Of a stretch of 64,000 nucleotides of DNA, positions 1-11,399 are shown in pieces. Position 1 is the stretch's first letter. Each line of letters begins with the position of its first letter. The position numbers and the translations under genes were made by a program. Origin of the DNA: an uncultured bacterium (GTDB lineage Bacteria > Patescibacteriota > Minisyncoccia > Phycocordibacterales > GWA1-40-21); assembly GCA_963840885.1 (NCBI GenBank), contig CAWJAN010000001.1:9669-73668 (forward strand), written 5' to 3'. Below the pieces are notes generated by a model. It did no database searches. It had not been told where the DNA came from and saw only the letters and a program-made list of their open reading frames with translations.

Positions 1-939
1 TCTGGAAGCCGAAACGAGGGTCGCCAAGCAGCGTCGTGATGACTCTCGGCGAGCGATGCACGGCGCGGTGCAGGCAGTCGCACGCCAGCTTGGAATCGCG
101 AGCGTGCAGGGCGTCGTGGGCTCGATTCAGGAGGGCGCGGCTCACGCGAAGGTTGGCAGGCGCAGGCGCAGTCGAGGTGCGTCGGCTCGATCCTTGAGGT
201 CAACGGCGAAGAGAAGCGCTCGAGGAATCGACTTGTCTCGTCGAGGTCGGCCAGACCGGTCTTGAAGCGATGCGTCTCGCTGGCGGTATGCCAGCGGACC
301 CGCACGGTTGGCCGTGCCAGCCACGCCACTGCCATCACCGCGGACGCGCAGCCAGAAGTCCCAGTCAACGACATAGCGAAAACGCGTCGAAGCCGCCGGC
401 TTCGTTGAACGCCTCCAGCCGCAGCGTCACCGCCGAACAGCGGAGCGGGTTGCCGTCGGCCATCGGCGCGATGCCCGGCCGAGGACCACGGTCGATCGGA
501 CCTAGGCCCCCCTGCTCGACCACCGTCGCGGCGACCGGTCCCCCGCGCTCGTCGATCACCACGGACGCGCTGGCGACGAGTCCGATGCCGACATCGGCCG
601 CAACGCCGCCGCATGGGCCGCCAGGTGCCCGGGCAGCATCACGTCGTCCTGGTGAAGATCGCGACGATCGGCGTGCGAGCCAGGGCCGCGCAACGGTTCC
701 AGTTTCCCGCCAGGCCGAGACGCTCGGAATTGACCTCGATGCGAGCACGGTCGCCGGCCGCGCGCGAACCACTCCGAGCGTATCGTCGTCTGATCGGTCG
801 TCCGAGACGATCAGCTCGAATCGACGCCGTTCTTGCGAGAGGATGCTTCGCGAGCGCTTCGCGCGAGATGACACGCACCGTTGGTAGTCGGGATGGCGAC
901 GGTAAGCGGGGCCAGGCAGGGGCGGCCACGCGGGTCTCG

Positions 940-1258
940 ACCTCAGTTCGCGCAACGGGCCTGGCTCGCCGATCGCCCGCAGCGTTTCCCACGTGAAGAT
1001 CCCCGACGAATGGCCGTCGTTCCAGGCAAGCTGGACCGCGTAGGTTCCGATGTTTTCCATGCCGACCAGCTTCAGGTCGGGGCGGATCGATTCGGGTCGA
1101 GCATCCGCTCGCCGGTCCATTCGTTGCGGCACGTCGCACACGGGCATTCGCTGCGGAGCACGTGATAGGGAAAGCGATCGACACGCGACATCCGGCCAGG
1201 TCACTTCGAGGATCTGGTCGGCTTGAAGGGCGCGGATGTTGGTGGGAGGATCGGACAT
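940..1258 (-). CDS. DUF971-like protein (gamma-butyrobetaine hydroxylase N-terminal-like), apparently frameshifted
   Basis: ORF 365..1258 N-terminal part reads ADQILEVTWPD ... VQLAWNDGHSSGIFTWETLR, resembling the duplicated W-DGH motif of DUF971; the frame changes inside. Confidence 0.3.
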
Positions 1259-1458
1259 GGCGGATGAATCCTATTTCGTGTGTACTCCCGTCCGACCTCA
1301 AGGTAAATTCTCGAGATCGGCGAGATCCTTGAGCCTGCCGGACCACGCTTGTTAACCTTTAGATCCTCAGAGGGAGATGAGAGACACCGGGACGTCGTCG
1401 ATGACATCGACGACCCGATTTGCGTAGGCAACGGCAAAGTCCAATCCGGAGATCGTCG

Positions 1459-1764
1459 TCAGAATCTCAATGGTAAGCGGCCGTCTACCCATGCGCGTGA
1501 TTTGATCGGGCAGGGGAGAAATTGTTCGGGCGTTATGCCGAGACCACCGAAACCGAACTCCTCCAGCGTCGCTATAACCCGTTTTGCATTCTCCTGGCCA
1601 ATCGCGATCCAGATGTCCATGTCATCCGTGGTGCGCGGATACCCGTGATAAGAGACGGCGTAACCGCCGATGAGCAGGTACTCAACGTGATGGTCGCTTA
1701 ATAACCTCAAAAACTCTTTCAAGTGCACTGTAAGGGGATCATAGCCATAAGCCACCTGACGCAT
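1459..1764 (-). CDS. minimal nucleotidyltransferase-fold protein
   Basis: 101 aa ORF with the GG-x10-DxD motif (LLIGGYAVSYHGYPRTTDDMDI) typical of MNT-type nucleotidyltransferases; it sits in a locally lower-GC stretch. Confidence 0.5.
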   Translation of the reverse strand: MRQVAYGYDPLTVHLKEFLRLLSDHHVEYLLIGGYAVSYHGYPRTTDDMDIWIAIGQENAKRVIATLEEFGFGGLGITPEQFLPCPIKSRAWVDGRLPLRF

Positions 1765-2577
1765 GTTATTCGAGGGCTTCCAATAGCACGGAATCGGGGA
1801 GTCTGCATTGCCCCAGTATTGCTTCTATCGATTGCGTCAGCTTTCATGAAGAGACACAACGGCAAAGGCGGTTTTGTCCAGGCGAAGGGTGTCCATCGGC
1901 GTCAGCATTTTTCCGGTCGCATCGGCTGTTGTATTTCGCTCTCCGGTCATGTGATCAAACCCCCAGGAGGGCGGAATGCACCTTGACACGCCATCGGATC
2001 ATAACACAACCCGCCGATTACGATTAAACGCGAGATGTCGAACCCGACCGTAACTTCTACGTCCGCACCCCAAGCATCAACGCGGTCCGGCGGGCCCTCG
2101 ACCGGGCTCCAGGCGGAGCGAAGGTCGTGGGCCGCCATGACCGCGAGACCATTCTCTGCACGCACACCATGGACGGGCATAGCCTCGCCCGCCACTGGAA
2201 AGTGATCGTGAGCCGCCTCGCCCAAGCCGGGCTGGCCGTTGTTCCGCGTCCGGAGCTTGCGAGACCGAAGACCGGCGAGTCCCGCACGAAGTCCATGAAG
2301 CGCTTCATTTCTTCTCCGCCGAGAGCTTCTTCAGAAGCTCGATGGCGTGGTTCAGCTCTTTGGTGGCCCTGGTTGCCCCACCGAGCTCCTCCAGGGCTTT
2401 CCGCAGCTTCTTGATCTCAGCGTCCAAATCGTCCAGCCGCTTCGAGAGCGCAGCGGTTGGATCCTTGGACTGCTGGTCCTTGGGTTTGTCTGCCAGGCCA
2501 GTCAGAGGGGCCGCGTCCCGGGACCCAGAAATTGCGCCGGGCTCTACGCGAGCGTGAACACGATCCGCGGCATCTCG

Positions 2578-3400
2578 ATGGACGGCAAGGTGCCGATCTT
2601 CTACATGATCGGTCTGCTGAGCCGCGAGAAGGACAAGGACCCGAAGGACTCGCGGCACTCCATGGTCCGCTTCGCCGAGCCGCTGCTCGACATCTTCGGC
2701 GTGCCGCACGCGCGGCTGGAAGGGCCGAACGACGTGCACCTGATCCCCGAGTACTACCGGCTGAGCCGCGAGCGCAAGGGCCCGGCCGCGGTGCTCGTCG
2801 GCCTGGAGACCGCGTGCATGGCCGATGAAGCCGGAAGAGATCCTGAACCTGATCACGGCCGCGCGCGGCACCGCCATCTGCGTGCCGACCATGACCACCG
2901 GGCCCGCACTGGCGGACGATCGCCCCCGACGATCTCTCGGTCGGGCTGCGTCGGCTTCATGGGCGGCGCCTCGTCGATGGGTCTCGGCCTCGCGCTGGCG
3001 CGCCCGACCGCCGCGTCATCGTGTTCGACGGCGACGGCTCGCTCCTCATGCAGCTCGGCTCGCTCGCCACCGTCGCGGGCGCCGCGCCGCGCAACCTCGT
3101 GCACTTTCTCTTCAAGAACGGCGTGTACCACACCTCGGGCGCGCAGGGGATTCCGGGCGGCCTGACGGTGGACTTCGTCGCGATGGCGAAGGGGGCGGGC
3201 TACCGGAGCACGTGCACGATCACGAGCCTCGACGAGTTCAAGCAGCGCCTGCCCGGCCTCCTCTCCGACGAGGGCCCGATCATGGCGCAGCTCATCACCG
3301 GCCTCGCGGGGAGCACGCCGATGAACTCGCCGCCCGGGACGCCCTTCCCCCAGCAGGTGGCGAACGTGCGCGCCAAGGTGACCGGCGGGCGCCTATCCGT
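2578..3400 (+). CDS. TPP-dependent decarboxylase (sulfopyruvate/phosphonopyruvate decarboxylase-like), disrupted by frameshifts
   Basis: Three + frames carry consecutive pieces: [34 protein letters not shown], then [15 protein letters not shown], then [30 protein letters not shown]. The last piece contains the TPP-binding GDGS motif. Confidence 0.45.
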
Positions 3401-3852
3401 AGACGATGCCGAGCGTTTCCGCCACCATGGCGGGGCGCGTGTTGCCCTCGACCTCCATGGTCATCTCGCTGGTGATGCGGAAGCCGTTGTCCTCCACCGG
3501 CTCGACCTTGACCAGCTTCTGGCGCAGCCGCACGCGCGCGCCCGCGGGCACCGGCGCGGTGAAGCGCACGCGGTTCGAGCCGTAGTTCAGGCCGCGGCGC
3601 CGCTTCTCGATCTTCATCAAGGTCGGGGCGAGCTGCGGGCAGCAGCGAGAGTGTCAGGTAGCCGTGGGCGATGGTCTTGCCGCCCGGCATCTCCTTCTTG
3701 GCCCGCTCGACGTCCACGTGGATCCACTGGTGGTCGCCGGTGGCGTCCGCGAACTTGTCGATCATCTCCTGGGTCACCGTGAGCCACTCGGACGGACCCA
3801 GCTCCTTGCCCACGTGCTGGAGCAAATCCTGCGGCTTCTCGACCTTGAGCAT
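3393..3852 (-). CDS. MaoC-like (R)-specific enoyl-CoA hydratase/dehydratase, hot-dog fold, one frameshift
   Basis: [34 protein letters not shown] in ORF 3295..3888; C-terminus continues in ORF 3393..3620 ([22 protein letters not shown]). Confidence 0.55.
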
Positions 3853-3923
3853 AGCGTTCCTCCCTCGGGTATGATCTGCGGGCGCCATTATCGCCCAGTC
3901 CCAGTCCCGGAGGAAAGCACGCG

Positions 3924-5040
3924 ATGAGTTACGACGCGCCCTTCGCCGGCCTCACGGTGGTGGACCTGAGCCAGGGGATCGCGGGGCCCTACTCGGGCAT
4001 GCTGCTCGCCCAGTACGGCGCCGACGTGATCAAGGTGGAGCCGCCGGAAGGTGACTGGGCGCGCGCGCTCGGCAAGCGCTACGGTGACATGACCGCGTTC
4101 TCCATCGCGGCCAACCTCGGCAAGCGCTCGATCGTGCTCGACCTCAAGACCGAGGAGGACCGGCAGATCCTCCGCCGGCTCGTGGCCACCGCGGACGTGT
4201 TCCTCGAGTCCTTCCGGCCGGGCGTGGCGGCGCGCCTCGGCGTTCGGCTACCCGGACGTCGAGGCGATCAACCCGCGCATCATCTATCTTTCGGTCTCCG
4301 GCTTCGGCCAGACCGGCCCTGACGCGGAGCGCCCGGCGGTGGACACCGTGTTCCAGGCTTTCACCGGCCTCATGTCGGTGAACCGCGGCCTCGACGGCAT
4401 CCCGCACCGCGTGCCGGTGATCGTGATGGACATGGCCACCGCGCTCAGCAACTTCCAGGCGATGGCGGTCGCGCTCTACGCCCGCCGCGACGAGCCGCGC
4501 GGCCGCTACATCGAGTCGAGCCTGCTGCGCGGCGGGGCGACGATCCAGGCGGTGTCGATGATCCAGCACCACCTGGAGGGCGGGAAGCCGCAGCCGGGCC
4601 TCACCCCGTCGGGCACCTTCAAGGCGAGCGACGGCTGGATCAACCTGACGATCCTGCGCGACGCGGAGCTTCCCGGTGCTCTGCGACGCGCTCGAGATCC
4701 CCGCGGCCAAGGGCGATCCGCGCTTCGCCACCAACGACTCGCGCTTCGCCAACGTGACCGCCCTCACACGCGCTGCTCGACCCCGCGTTCGCCCGGCGCA
4801 CCACCGCGGATCTCTCGGCGCGGCTTCGCGGCGCCGCCTCATGCACCAGCGGGTGAACACCTACCTCGAGTTCCTCGACGATCCGCACGTGAAGGCGATC
4901 GGCGCGGTGACCTGGATCGAGCAGCCGGGGCTCGGGCGGGTGCCGGTGCCCGCAGGTGCCGGGCCTGCCGCCGCTCCGCAGCGGGACGCCGCGGGCGGTG
5001 GCGCCGTCGCTCGACCAGCATCGCAAGGAGATCCTGGCCG
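3924..5040 (+). CDS. family III CoA-transferase (CaiB/BaiF-like), disrupted by frameshifts
   Basis: N-terminus [35 protein letters not shown] (3924..4322). Continuation [27 protein letters not shown] (4339..). C-terminus [31 protein letters not shown] (4676..5056). Confidence 0.6.
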
Positions 5041-5052
5041 AGCTGGGGCCGC

Positions 5053-5838
5053 ATGATCTCATACGATGCCGGCGCGGCCTCCTACGATCAGCTGTCAGGA
5101 CGATGGTCCCGGCTGTACATCCCGACTTTGCTCGCTCAGGCCGGCATCGCGGTTGGTCACCGGGTTCTCGACGTCGCGACGGGCACCGGGGAAGCGGCAA
5201 TTCTCGCTGCATCTCGCGTCGGCGCAGGCGGAAGGGTTGGGATTGACGTGTCGCGGCCGATGCTCGGCGTGGCCGCGGCGAAAATGGCCAAGCGGCCGAT
5301 AGCGTTACTACAGATGGATGCGCAGGCGCTAGCTTTCAAAGACGAGAGTTTCGACGCGGTGGTGTGCCAGCTCGGCCTCATGTTTCTGCCCGACGCGGTC
5401 AGAGCGCTCCGAGAGTGGACGCGCGTTCTTCGCTCGCGCGGCCATCTCGCGGTCTGCGTCTGGGCCACCCCCGACCGCGTACCTCTTTTCGGAATCCTGA
5501 TGGACGAACTCAGTCGCCACCTCCCTGACCAGCGTGACGTGCTTTATCAACCCTCCGCATTGGCCGATCCGGACATTCTCGAACGATTACTCGCGGGCGC
5601 GGGCCTGAAAGCCGTTCGTGTGACGCGGGAGACTCGCGTCCATCGGTTCACGTCGTTTGACGAATACTGGCAGCCGTTTGAGGCGGGAGGCGGACGCCAC
5701 GGGCAGCTGTACCTGAGACTTCCGGTTCCGGTGCGGCGGACAGTTCGAGATACCGTGCGCAAGCGCATGGAACCGTTCTTCGTGGACGGATGTTTAGAGA
5801 TGGAAGCGGATGTCTTCTTCGCTGCCGGCGAGCGATAG
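5053..5838 (+). CDS. class I SAM-dependent methyltransferase
   Basis: Intact frame with VLDVATGTGEAAILAASRVGAGGRVGIDVSRPML and FDAVVCQLGLMFLPD motifs; locally lower GC. Confidence 0.6.
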   Translation: MISYDAGAASYDQLSGRWSRLYIPTLLAQAGIAVGHRVLDVATGTGEAAILAASRVGAGGRVGIDVSRPMLGVAAAKMAKRPIALLQMDAQALAFKDESFDAVVCQLGLMFLPDAVRALREWTRVLRSRGHLAVCVWATPDRVPLFGILMDELSRHLPDQRDVLYQPSALADPDILERLLAGAGLKAVRVTRETRVHRFTSFDEYWQPFEAGGGRHGQLYLRLPVPVRRTVRDTVRKRMEPFFVDGCLEMEADVFFAAGER

Positions 5839-7180
5839 CGTCGGCTTCACCGCCCGCGGGTGCAGGACGTCGATCGCCCATCCCACGTCGAAGGGCTCTC
5901 CGGGCCGGGCAAGGCCCGCCGTCCGGGCGTTCAGGTGAAGGCCCTGCGCGTCGTGACACGTTCGCAGCGCCGCGACGGGATCAGCAGGCACCGCGGCGGG
6001 TGGCGGCACCTCGGGGAGCGGCCGACCATCAGGCCGGCGGAACTGGAGGGCCCCGTCCGGTCCCGGCGCGACCTGGTAGCCCTCCTCGTGGACTGCTCGA
6101 TGATGCCGTCGACAGAGCAGGAGGAGATTCGCCAATACGGTCGGTCCGCCCTGCGCCCAGTGGCGCACGTGATGCCCCTCGCCGACCCGCACATGGCAGC
6201 CCGGGAAGCGACAGGTCCGGTCCCGGTGCTGCAGCGCCCGCCGCAGCGCGGGCGGAATCGTCCGGGTGCGGGCTCCGATCTCGACCACGCGTCCGTCCTC
6301 GTCGTGTCGCATCACCACGCGGCTTGCGTCGCACGCCAGCCGCCGGGACGTTTCCGCGGAAACGTGGCTCCCGTCTTCCAGCACCGACTGGCCGGGTTGC
6401 GCCGGGTCCGCCAGCACCGCGGCGTCCACGTGGACCACCACCTGGTACCGCTCGCCGGGAGCGCCGGGATCGAGCTCGTGATGCAGCGCGGTCTCGGCCA
6501 GCAGCGCCAGCGCGTCCGCGTGCTGCTGCGCCCGGGTCGGCGGCGTCAGGGCGGGGTCAGCGGCCGGCCGGCTGCCCCCGGCGACGCGCGTCCGCTGGTA
6601 GAGGGTTTCGCGGGCGGCGTCGAGCGCTCGGAGCAGCAGGGCGCCCACGTCCGCCGTCAGCCGTCCGCGCAAGACGACCGTGCCGTCCTCGTCCTGGTAC
6701 ACATGCAGGGCGCGCGCCGCGTGCTGCCGCGAGGCCTCCTGGCTTCGGCCTGGCGGTCCACTCGCCGCCAGCCGCGCACGATGCGCTCCACGTGGCAGGC
6801 CGTGCCCGCGCGCCCGACCGCCAGCAGGCGTGCCTCCGTCTCCGGCGTCGCCACGCGGGTCAAGGCGCGCACCTTGGCGTAGGACAGCTCGCCACGAGCG
6901 AGGGCCTCGGCCAGGCGGGGCAGTGTCCCGAGGGCGCGCGCCACCCTGACTCGCTCGCGGGCGGCGCCCAGGTCGAGGCCCACGCGCCAGCTCAGCCAGT
7001 GGGCGCAGGAGCGGAAGCCGTGTTCCAGCCGCCGCGGGCGTCGAAGTCGCGGATCAGCGCGAGCAGGCGCGCGGTGGCGGCATCGAGGTGCGCGGACAGC
7101 TCGGCGATCTCGTCGCCGAGTCGCTCGAGCGCCGCCACGCGAGCCGGCGCGGGAACCAGGGTGGGCAATTGCATGGCCAT
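5794..7180 (-). CDS. DUF222-family HNH endonuclease, disrupted by frameshifts
   Basis: C-terminal HNH core RTCRFPGCHVRVGEGHHVRHWAQGGPTVLANLLLLCRRHHRAVHEEGY (5794..6702). DUF222 N-terminal pieces RGELSYAKVRALTRVATPETEARLL and LIRDFDARGGW lie in two further minus frames. Confidence 0.55.
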
Positions 7181-7458
7181 GACGAGTCCTCCTTCGACTG
7201 GAGCGACTCTGCACCCTGGCCTTCGACGCCTCTGGCGTTCACCAAGGCCGCGCGATCGCGTGGCGAGAAGTGATTTTTCATCCGGCATCGCCCGACCGTG
7301 AAGCAGGGTGTCCCTGCGGGACGCTGAGCGAACGTTTTGCCAAAGGTTGCCGCCGCGCGACGAGCCGCTCAGTGAACGCTGTCAAGTTGAAACGCGCGCG
7401 ACCGTCCACTATCGTCTCGGCGGAGGGATCTGGGATAGGATCCAAGCAGGAGACCACC

Positions 7459-9072
7459 ATGACAATGCAGATCTCGACCCGGCTCGTGCTGCTGGGCCTC
7501 GTACTCGCCACGCTCGCGCCGGCCACCGGCCGGGCGCAGGCTCCGGAGCGGTTCGGGACCGTCGACTTCCCGAACTCCTGCGCGCCGGCGGTGCAGGAGG
7601 CGTTGCAGCGCTCGGTCGCCATGCTGCACTCCTTCAACTACGGCCCGGGCGAGCGAGCCTTCCGGGACGTGCTCGCCCAGGACCCGTCGTGCGCGATCGC
7701 GACCTGGGGCTTCGCGTCCATCCTGATGTCCAACCCGCTCGCGGGCATCGGCGCCGCGCCAAGGACGCGCCGCGCGCGCAGGCCGCCATCGACGAGGGGC
7801 GCGCAGATCGGGCGCGAAGACCGCAGCGCGAGCGCGACTACATCGAGGCGGTCGCGGCGTACTACGAGGACTGCGCCGACCGCCCGCGAGCGCGAGCGCC
7901 AGCGCGCCGCGCGCCGAGGCCTACGAAAAGCTCGCCGCGCGCTACCCGAAGGACGACGAGGCGCAGATCTTCTACGCGCTGTATCTCGCCGGCACGCAGT
8001 CGCAGTCCGACCAGACCTACGCGGCCTACCTCAAGGCGGCGGCCATCCTCGAGAAGCAGTTCGCGAAGCATCCCGATCATCCCGGGCGTGGCGCACTACC
8101 TGATCCACAGCTACGACGCGCCGCCGATCGCGGCGAAGGGCGTGCCGGCCGCGCGCCGCTACGCGGGCATCGCGCCCGCCGCGCCGCACGCGCTGCACAT
8201 GCCGTCGCACATCTTCACGCGCGTGGGGCGCTGGAAGGAGTCGGCCGAGACCAACGCGCGTCCGCCGGCCGCGCGGAACCCTGGCCGCGAGCGGCGAGTC
8301 CGGGCGACGAGGGCCTGCACGCGATGGACTACATGATCTACGCCTACCTGCAGCTCGCGCGCGACGGCGAGGCGCGCGGCGCTGGTGGAAGCGGTGCAGG
8401 CGACCGGAAGCTGAACGTGGCCGCTTCGCCGGGCCCTACGCGCTGGCCGCCATGCCGGCGCGCTACGCGGTCGAGCGCGGCGAGTGGGCGGAGGCGGCGA
8501 CGCTGAGCCGACCCCCGGACCGCTGATCCGTTCGCCGAGGCCGATCCACGGTGGTTCGCGCGCGGGCTCGGCGCGGCGCGCAGCGGCGACGCGGCGCGCG
8601 CCCAGAAGGACCTGGAGCCGGATCGAGGCCTGCGCGACGCGCTACCGCGGCGAAGAACGAGTACTGGGCGCACCGAGGTCGAGGTGAGCGCCTCGCGGTC
8701 GCGGCCTGGATCGCGCACGCGCGAAGGCCGGACGACGGAGGCGCTCGCGCTGATGCGGGCCGCCGCGGACGCGGAGGACCGCAACGAGAAGCACATCGTG
8801 ACGCCCGGGCGCATCCTGCCCGCGCGCGAGCTGCTCGGGCGACATGCTGATCGAGCTGAGGCGCCCGGCGGAGGCCCTGAAGGAGTTCGAGGCCTCGCAG
8901 CGGCGCGAGCCCGACCGCTTCCGGGGCCCTACGGCGCCGCGCGCGCCGCGGTGCAGAGCGGCGACGGGCGAAGGCCCGGCACTACTACGTCAAGCTGGTC
9001 GACATGGCGGGCGCGGGCGACGCGCGGCCCGATCTCACCCAGGCCCGCGCGTTCCTGGCCGCGAATCCCTGA
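7459..9072 (+). CDS. secreted TPR-like repeat protein, disrupted by frameshifts
   Basis: Signal peptide MTMQISTRLVLLGLVLATLAPATGRAQA; helical repeat segments recur across three + frames up to a TGA near 9070. Confidence 0.35.
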
Positions 9073-9960
9073 GGCGCCGTCAGCGGAAGAGGTCGATCAG
9101 CTCCTGGAGCGCGACCATCTGGTTGCCCTTGGTGGAGGACGGCACCATGATCAGCGTCTTCACGCCCGCCGCGTACCAGGCCTCGACGCCGTCGCGGACC
9201 TCCGACGGCGCTGCCGTAGAGCGTGACCTGGGAGAGCCAGCGGTCGGACATGAGCGAGGGGATCTTGTCGTCCTGGCCCGCCGCGATGGCCTTGCGGATC
9301 GCCTGCATCTCGTCCTCGAAGCCGGCCTCGATCCAGTAGTTCTGGTAGTTCGGCAGCTTGACGTAGCCGGTCAGGGTGCGGCGGTTCACCGCGGCGGCGG
9401 CGGCGCGGTCGTCGTCGATGCAGGTCGGCACCATGTTGCCGATGAAGAAGTCGGACCCGCTGCGCGCGGCGGCGGGCAGGGCCTCGAGCGACGCGGGCAT
9501 GTGCGAGCGCGCCGCGTTGGCCCACACCGCGCCCTGGGCGATCTCGCCGGCCAGCGCGACCATCTTCTGGCGCAGCGTCGCCAGCACGATCGGCGGCAGC
9601 TCGCCCGCCAGCTTGGCGCCGGCCTGCGAGCTCGCTGCACGAAGCGGCGCATGTCCTCGAGCGGCTTGCCCGGCCTGATCGCCGAGCCGGTCGTGGGTGG
9701 GCCCGTGGCTGACGCCGACGCCGAAGCGGAAGCGGCCGCCCGACGAGCTCGTGGATCAGCGCCGCGGTCTGCGCGTAGTCGTAGGGGTGGCGCGTGTAGA
9801 TGTTGGCGATGCTGGTGCCGAACGGGATCTCCGTGGTGGCGAGCGCGAGCGCCTCGCAGAGGCCGAGCCCGTCGCCGAAGCTCGGGCAGTAGATGCCGGC
9901 GAAGCCCTCCTCCTCGAGGCGCTGGGCCATCTCGACGGTGGCCTTGCGCCGGCCGGGCAC
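9073..9960 (-). CDS. LLM-class flavin-dependent oxidoreductase (luciferase-like), disrupted by frameshifts
   Basis: N-terminal MAQRLEEEGFAGIYCPSFGDGLGLCEALALATTEIPFGTSIANIYTRHP. Middle YVKLPNYQNYWIEAGFEDE. C-terminus ends VALQELIDLFR at a stop at 9073. Confidence 0.5.
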
Positions 9961-10039
9961 CGCGGCGAGGCTGACCGCGGGCTTGCGCGTCACGCCCACG
10001 GCACCGCGCCCGCCCCAGCGGTTCGAGCGAGGTGGTCTC

Positions 10040-10622
10040 CGACGTCGGCCGCGCTTGCTCGGGCCGTACTTCACGGCCGGGTAGCCGAGCGGGATGCAGA
10101 AGTGGAAGGTCATCTCCTTGGGGATGTCGAACATCGCGTGGAAGCGGTCCATCACCGTCGGCGTGCAGCGTGGTGGGCAGCGAGCCGATGCCGAGGGCGT
10201 GCGCGGCCAGCATCAGGTTCTGGCAGGCGGGGATGACCGAGTTGGCCCCGCCGGCCGGCGCGGTGAGCGCGAAGACGACGCAGGGCACGTCCTTCATGTC
10301 CTCGGACAAGCCCCATCGCGGAGCGGTGGTTCTTGTCGGTCGAGCGGGATGTCCTCCGGCTTCGTCCAGCCGTGATCGTCCCAGCGCTTGGCCCACCACG
10401 CTTCCTGGTAGAGCGCGCCGAACTCGCGGATCTTCGCGCGGTCGGTGACGACCAGGAAGCGCCCCATCTGGTGGTTGCCGCCGTTCGGCGCCTTCACCGC
10501 CGCCTCGATCAGGAGGTGGAGGTCCTCGATCCGGGATCGGGTCAGTGCGGAGCTTCCGAGTCGACCGCTGGGTGAACATGGCTTCGCCGATCGGCATCTT
10601 CAGACGGTCGGTCTGCATGGGC
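10040..10622 (-). CDS. nitroreductase-family protein, disrupted by frameshifts
   Basis: Pieces in different minus frames: MFTQRSTRKLRTDPIPD, KAPNGGNHQMGRFLVVTDRAKIRE, VPCVVFALTAPAGGANSVIPACQNLMLAAHALGIGS, FDIPKEMTFHFCIPLGYPAV. Confidence 0.45.
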
Positions 10623-10641
10623 TCTCCTCCTGGGCCTCGGT

Positions 10642-11310
10642 TCAGCCGAGGACGCGCCCGAGCCAGCGGGCGACGTCGGCGATCTCCTCGGCGGAGACGG
10701 AATGGGGGATCGCGTACTGGTGCCACTCGATCGAGTAGCCGAGCGCGGCGACCTGCGCGCGCCCGTGCTCGGCCATGGCCAGCGGGATCATCGGGTCGTG
10801 GACGCCGTGGGCCCAGAAGATCGGCACGTCGCGATTCGCGGCCGCGGCCTCGGTGCCCAGCGTGTCGCCCAGCGTCAGATAGCACGAGAGCGCCATCACG
10901 CCGGCCAGGCGCTCCGCGTGGCGGAGGCCCACGTGCAGGGCCATCGCCCCGCCCTGGGAGAAGCCGGCCAGCACGAGACGGCCGGGCGCGATCCCGCGCT
11001 GGCGCTCCCGCTCCACCAGCGCCTCGATCTGGCGGGCCGACTGGCGCACGCCCGCCTCGTCCTCGCGCCGCACCCCCGCGAGGGCGCGGATGTCGTACCA
11101 CGCGCGCATGACGTGGCCCTGGTTGATGGTGACGGGCCGCAGCGGCGCGTGCGGGAACACGAAGCGAACCGGAAGGGAGGCCGGGAGCCGCAGCTCGGGC
11201 ACGATGGGCTCGAAGTCGTGGCCGTCCGCGCCCAGACCGTGCATCCAGATCACGGCCGCGGTGGGGTTCGGCGCGGTCTCGATCTCGATGGCGTCCAGGT
11301 GGTCGGGCAT
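10642..11310 (-). CDS. carboxylesterase / phospholipase (alpha-beta hydrolase, Abhydrolase_2 family)
   Basis: Intact 222 aa ORF with a GFSQGG nucleophile elbow and the typical esterase layout. Confidence 0.8.
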   Translation of the reverse strand: MPDHLDAIEIETAPNPTAAVIWMHGLGADGHDFEPIVPELRLPASLPVRFVFPHAPLRPVTINQGHVMRAWYDIRALAGVRREDEAGVRQSARQIEALVERERQRGIAPGRLVLAGFSQGGAMALHVGLRHAERLAGVMALSCYLTLGDTLGTEAAAANRDVPIFWAHGVHDPMIPLAMAEHGRAQVAALGYSIEWHQYAIPHSVSAEEIADVARWLGRVLG

Positions 11311-11399
11311 GTCGGGCGTCGGACGGCAGTATACGTCGGATCGGAGCGTCCGGCGTGATTGACACGCGATCGCCCCAGCCCCTATCGTCGGCCTCGTGA

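Noticed and set aside
5790-7301. 503-aa plus-strand ORF
   Set aside because: Low-complexity Arg/Pro/Ala translation antisense to the DUF222-HNH endonuclease gene; a high-GC artefact.
9386-11365. 659-aa minus-strand ORF
   Set aside because: Arg/Pro/Gly-rich low-complexity translation typical of spurious long ORFs in 70% GC DNA. It overlaps the recognisable nitroreductase, LLM oxidoreductase and esterase genes.
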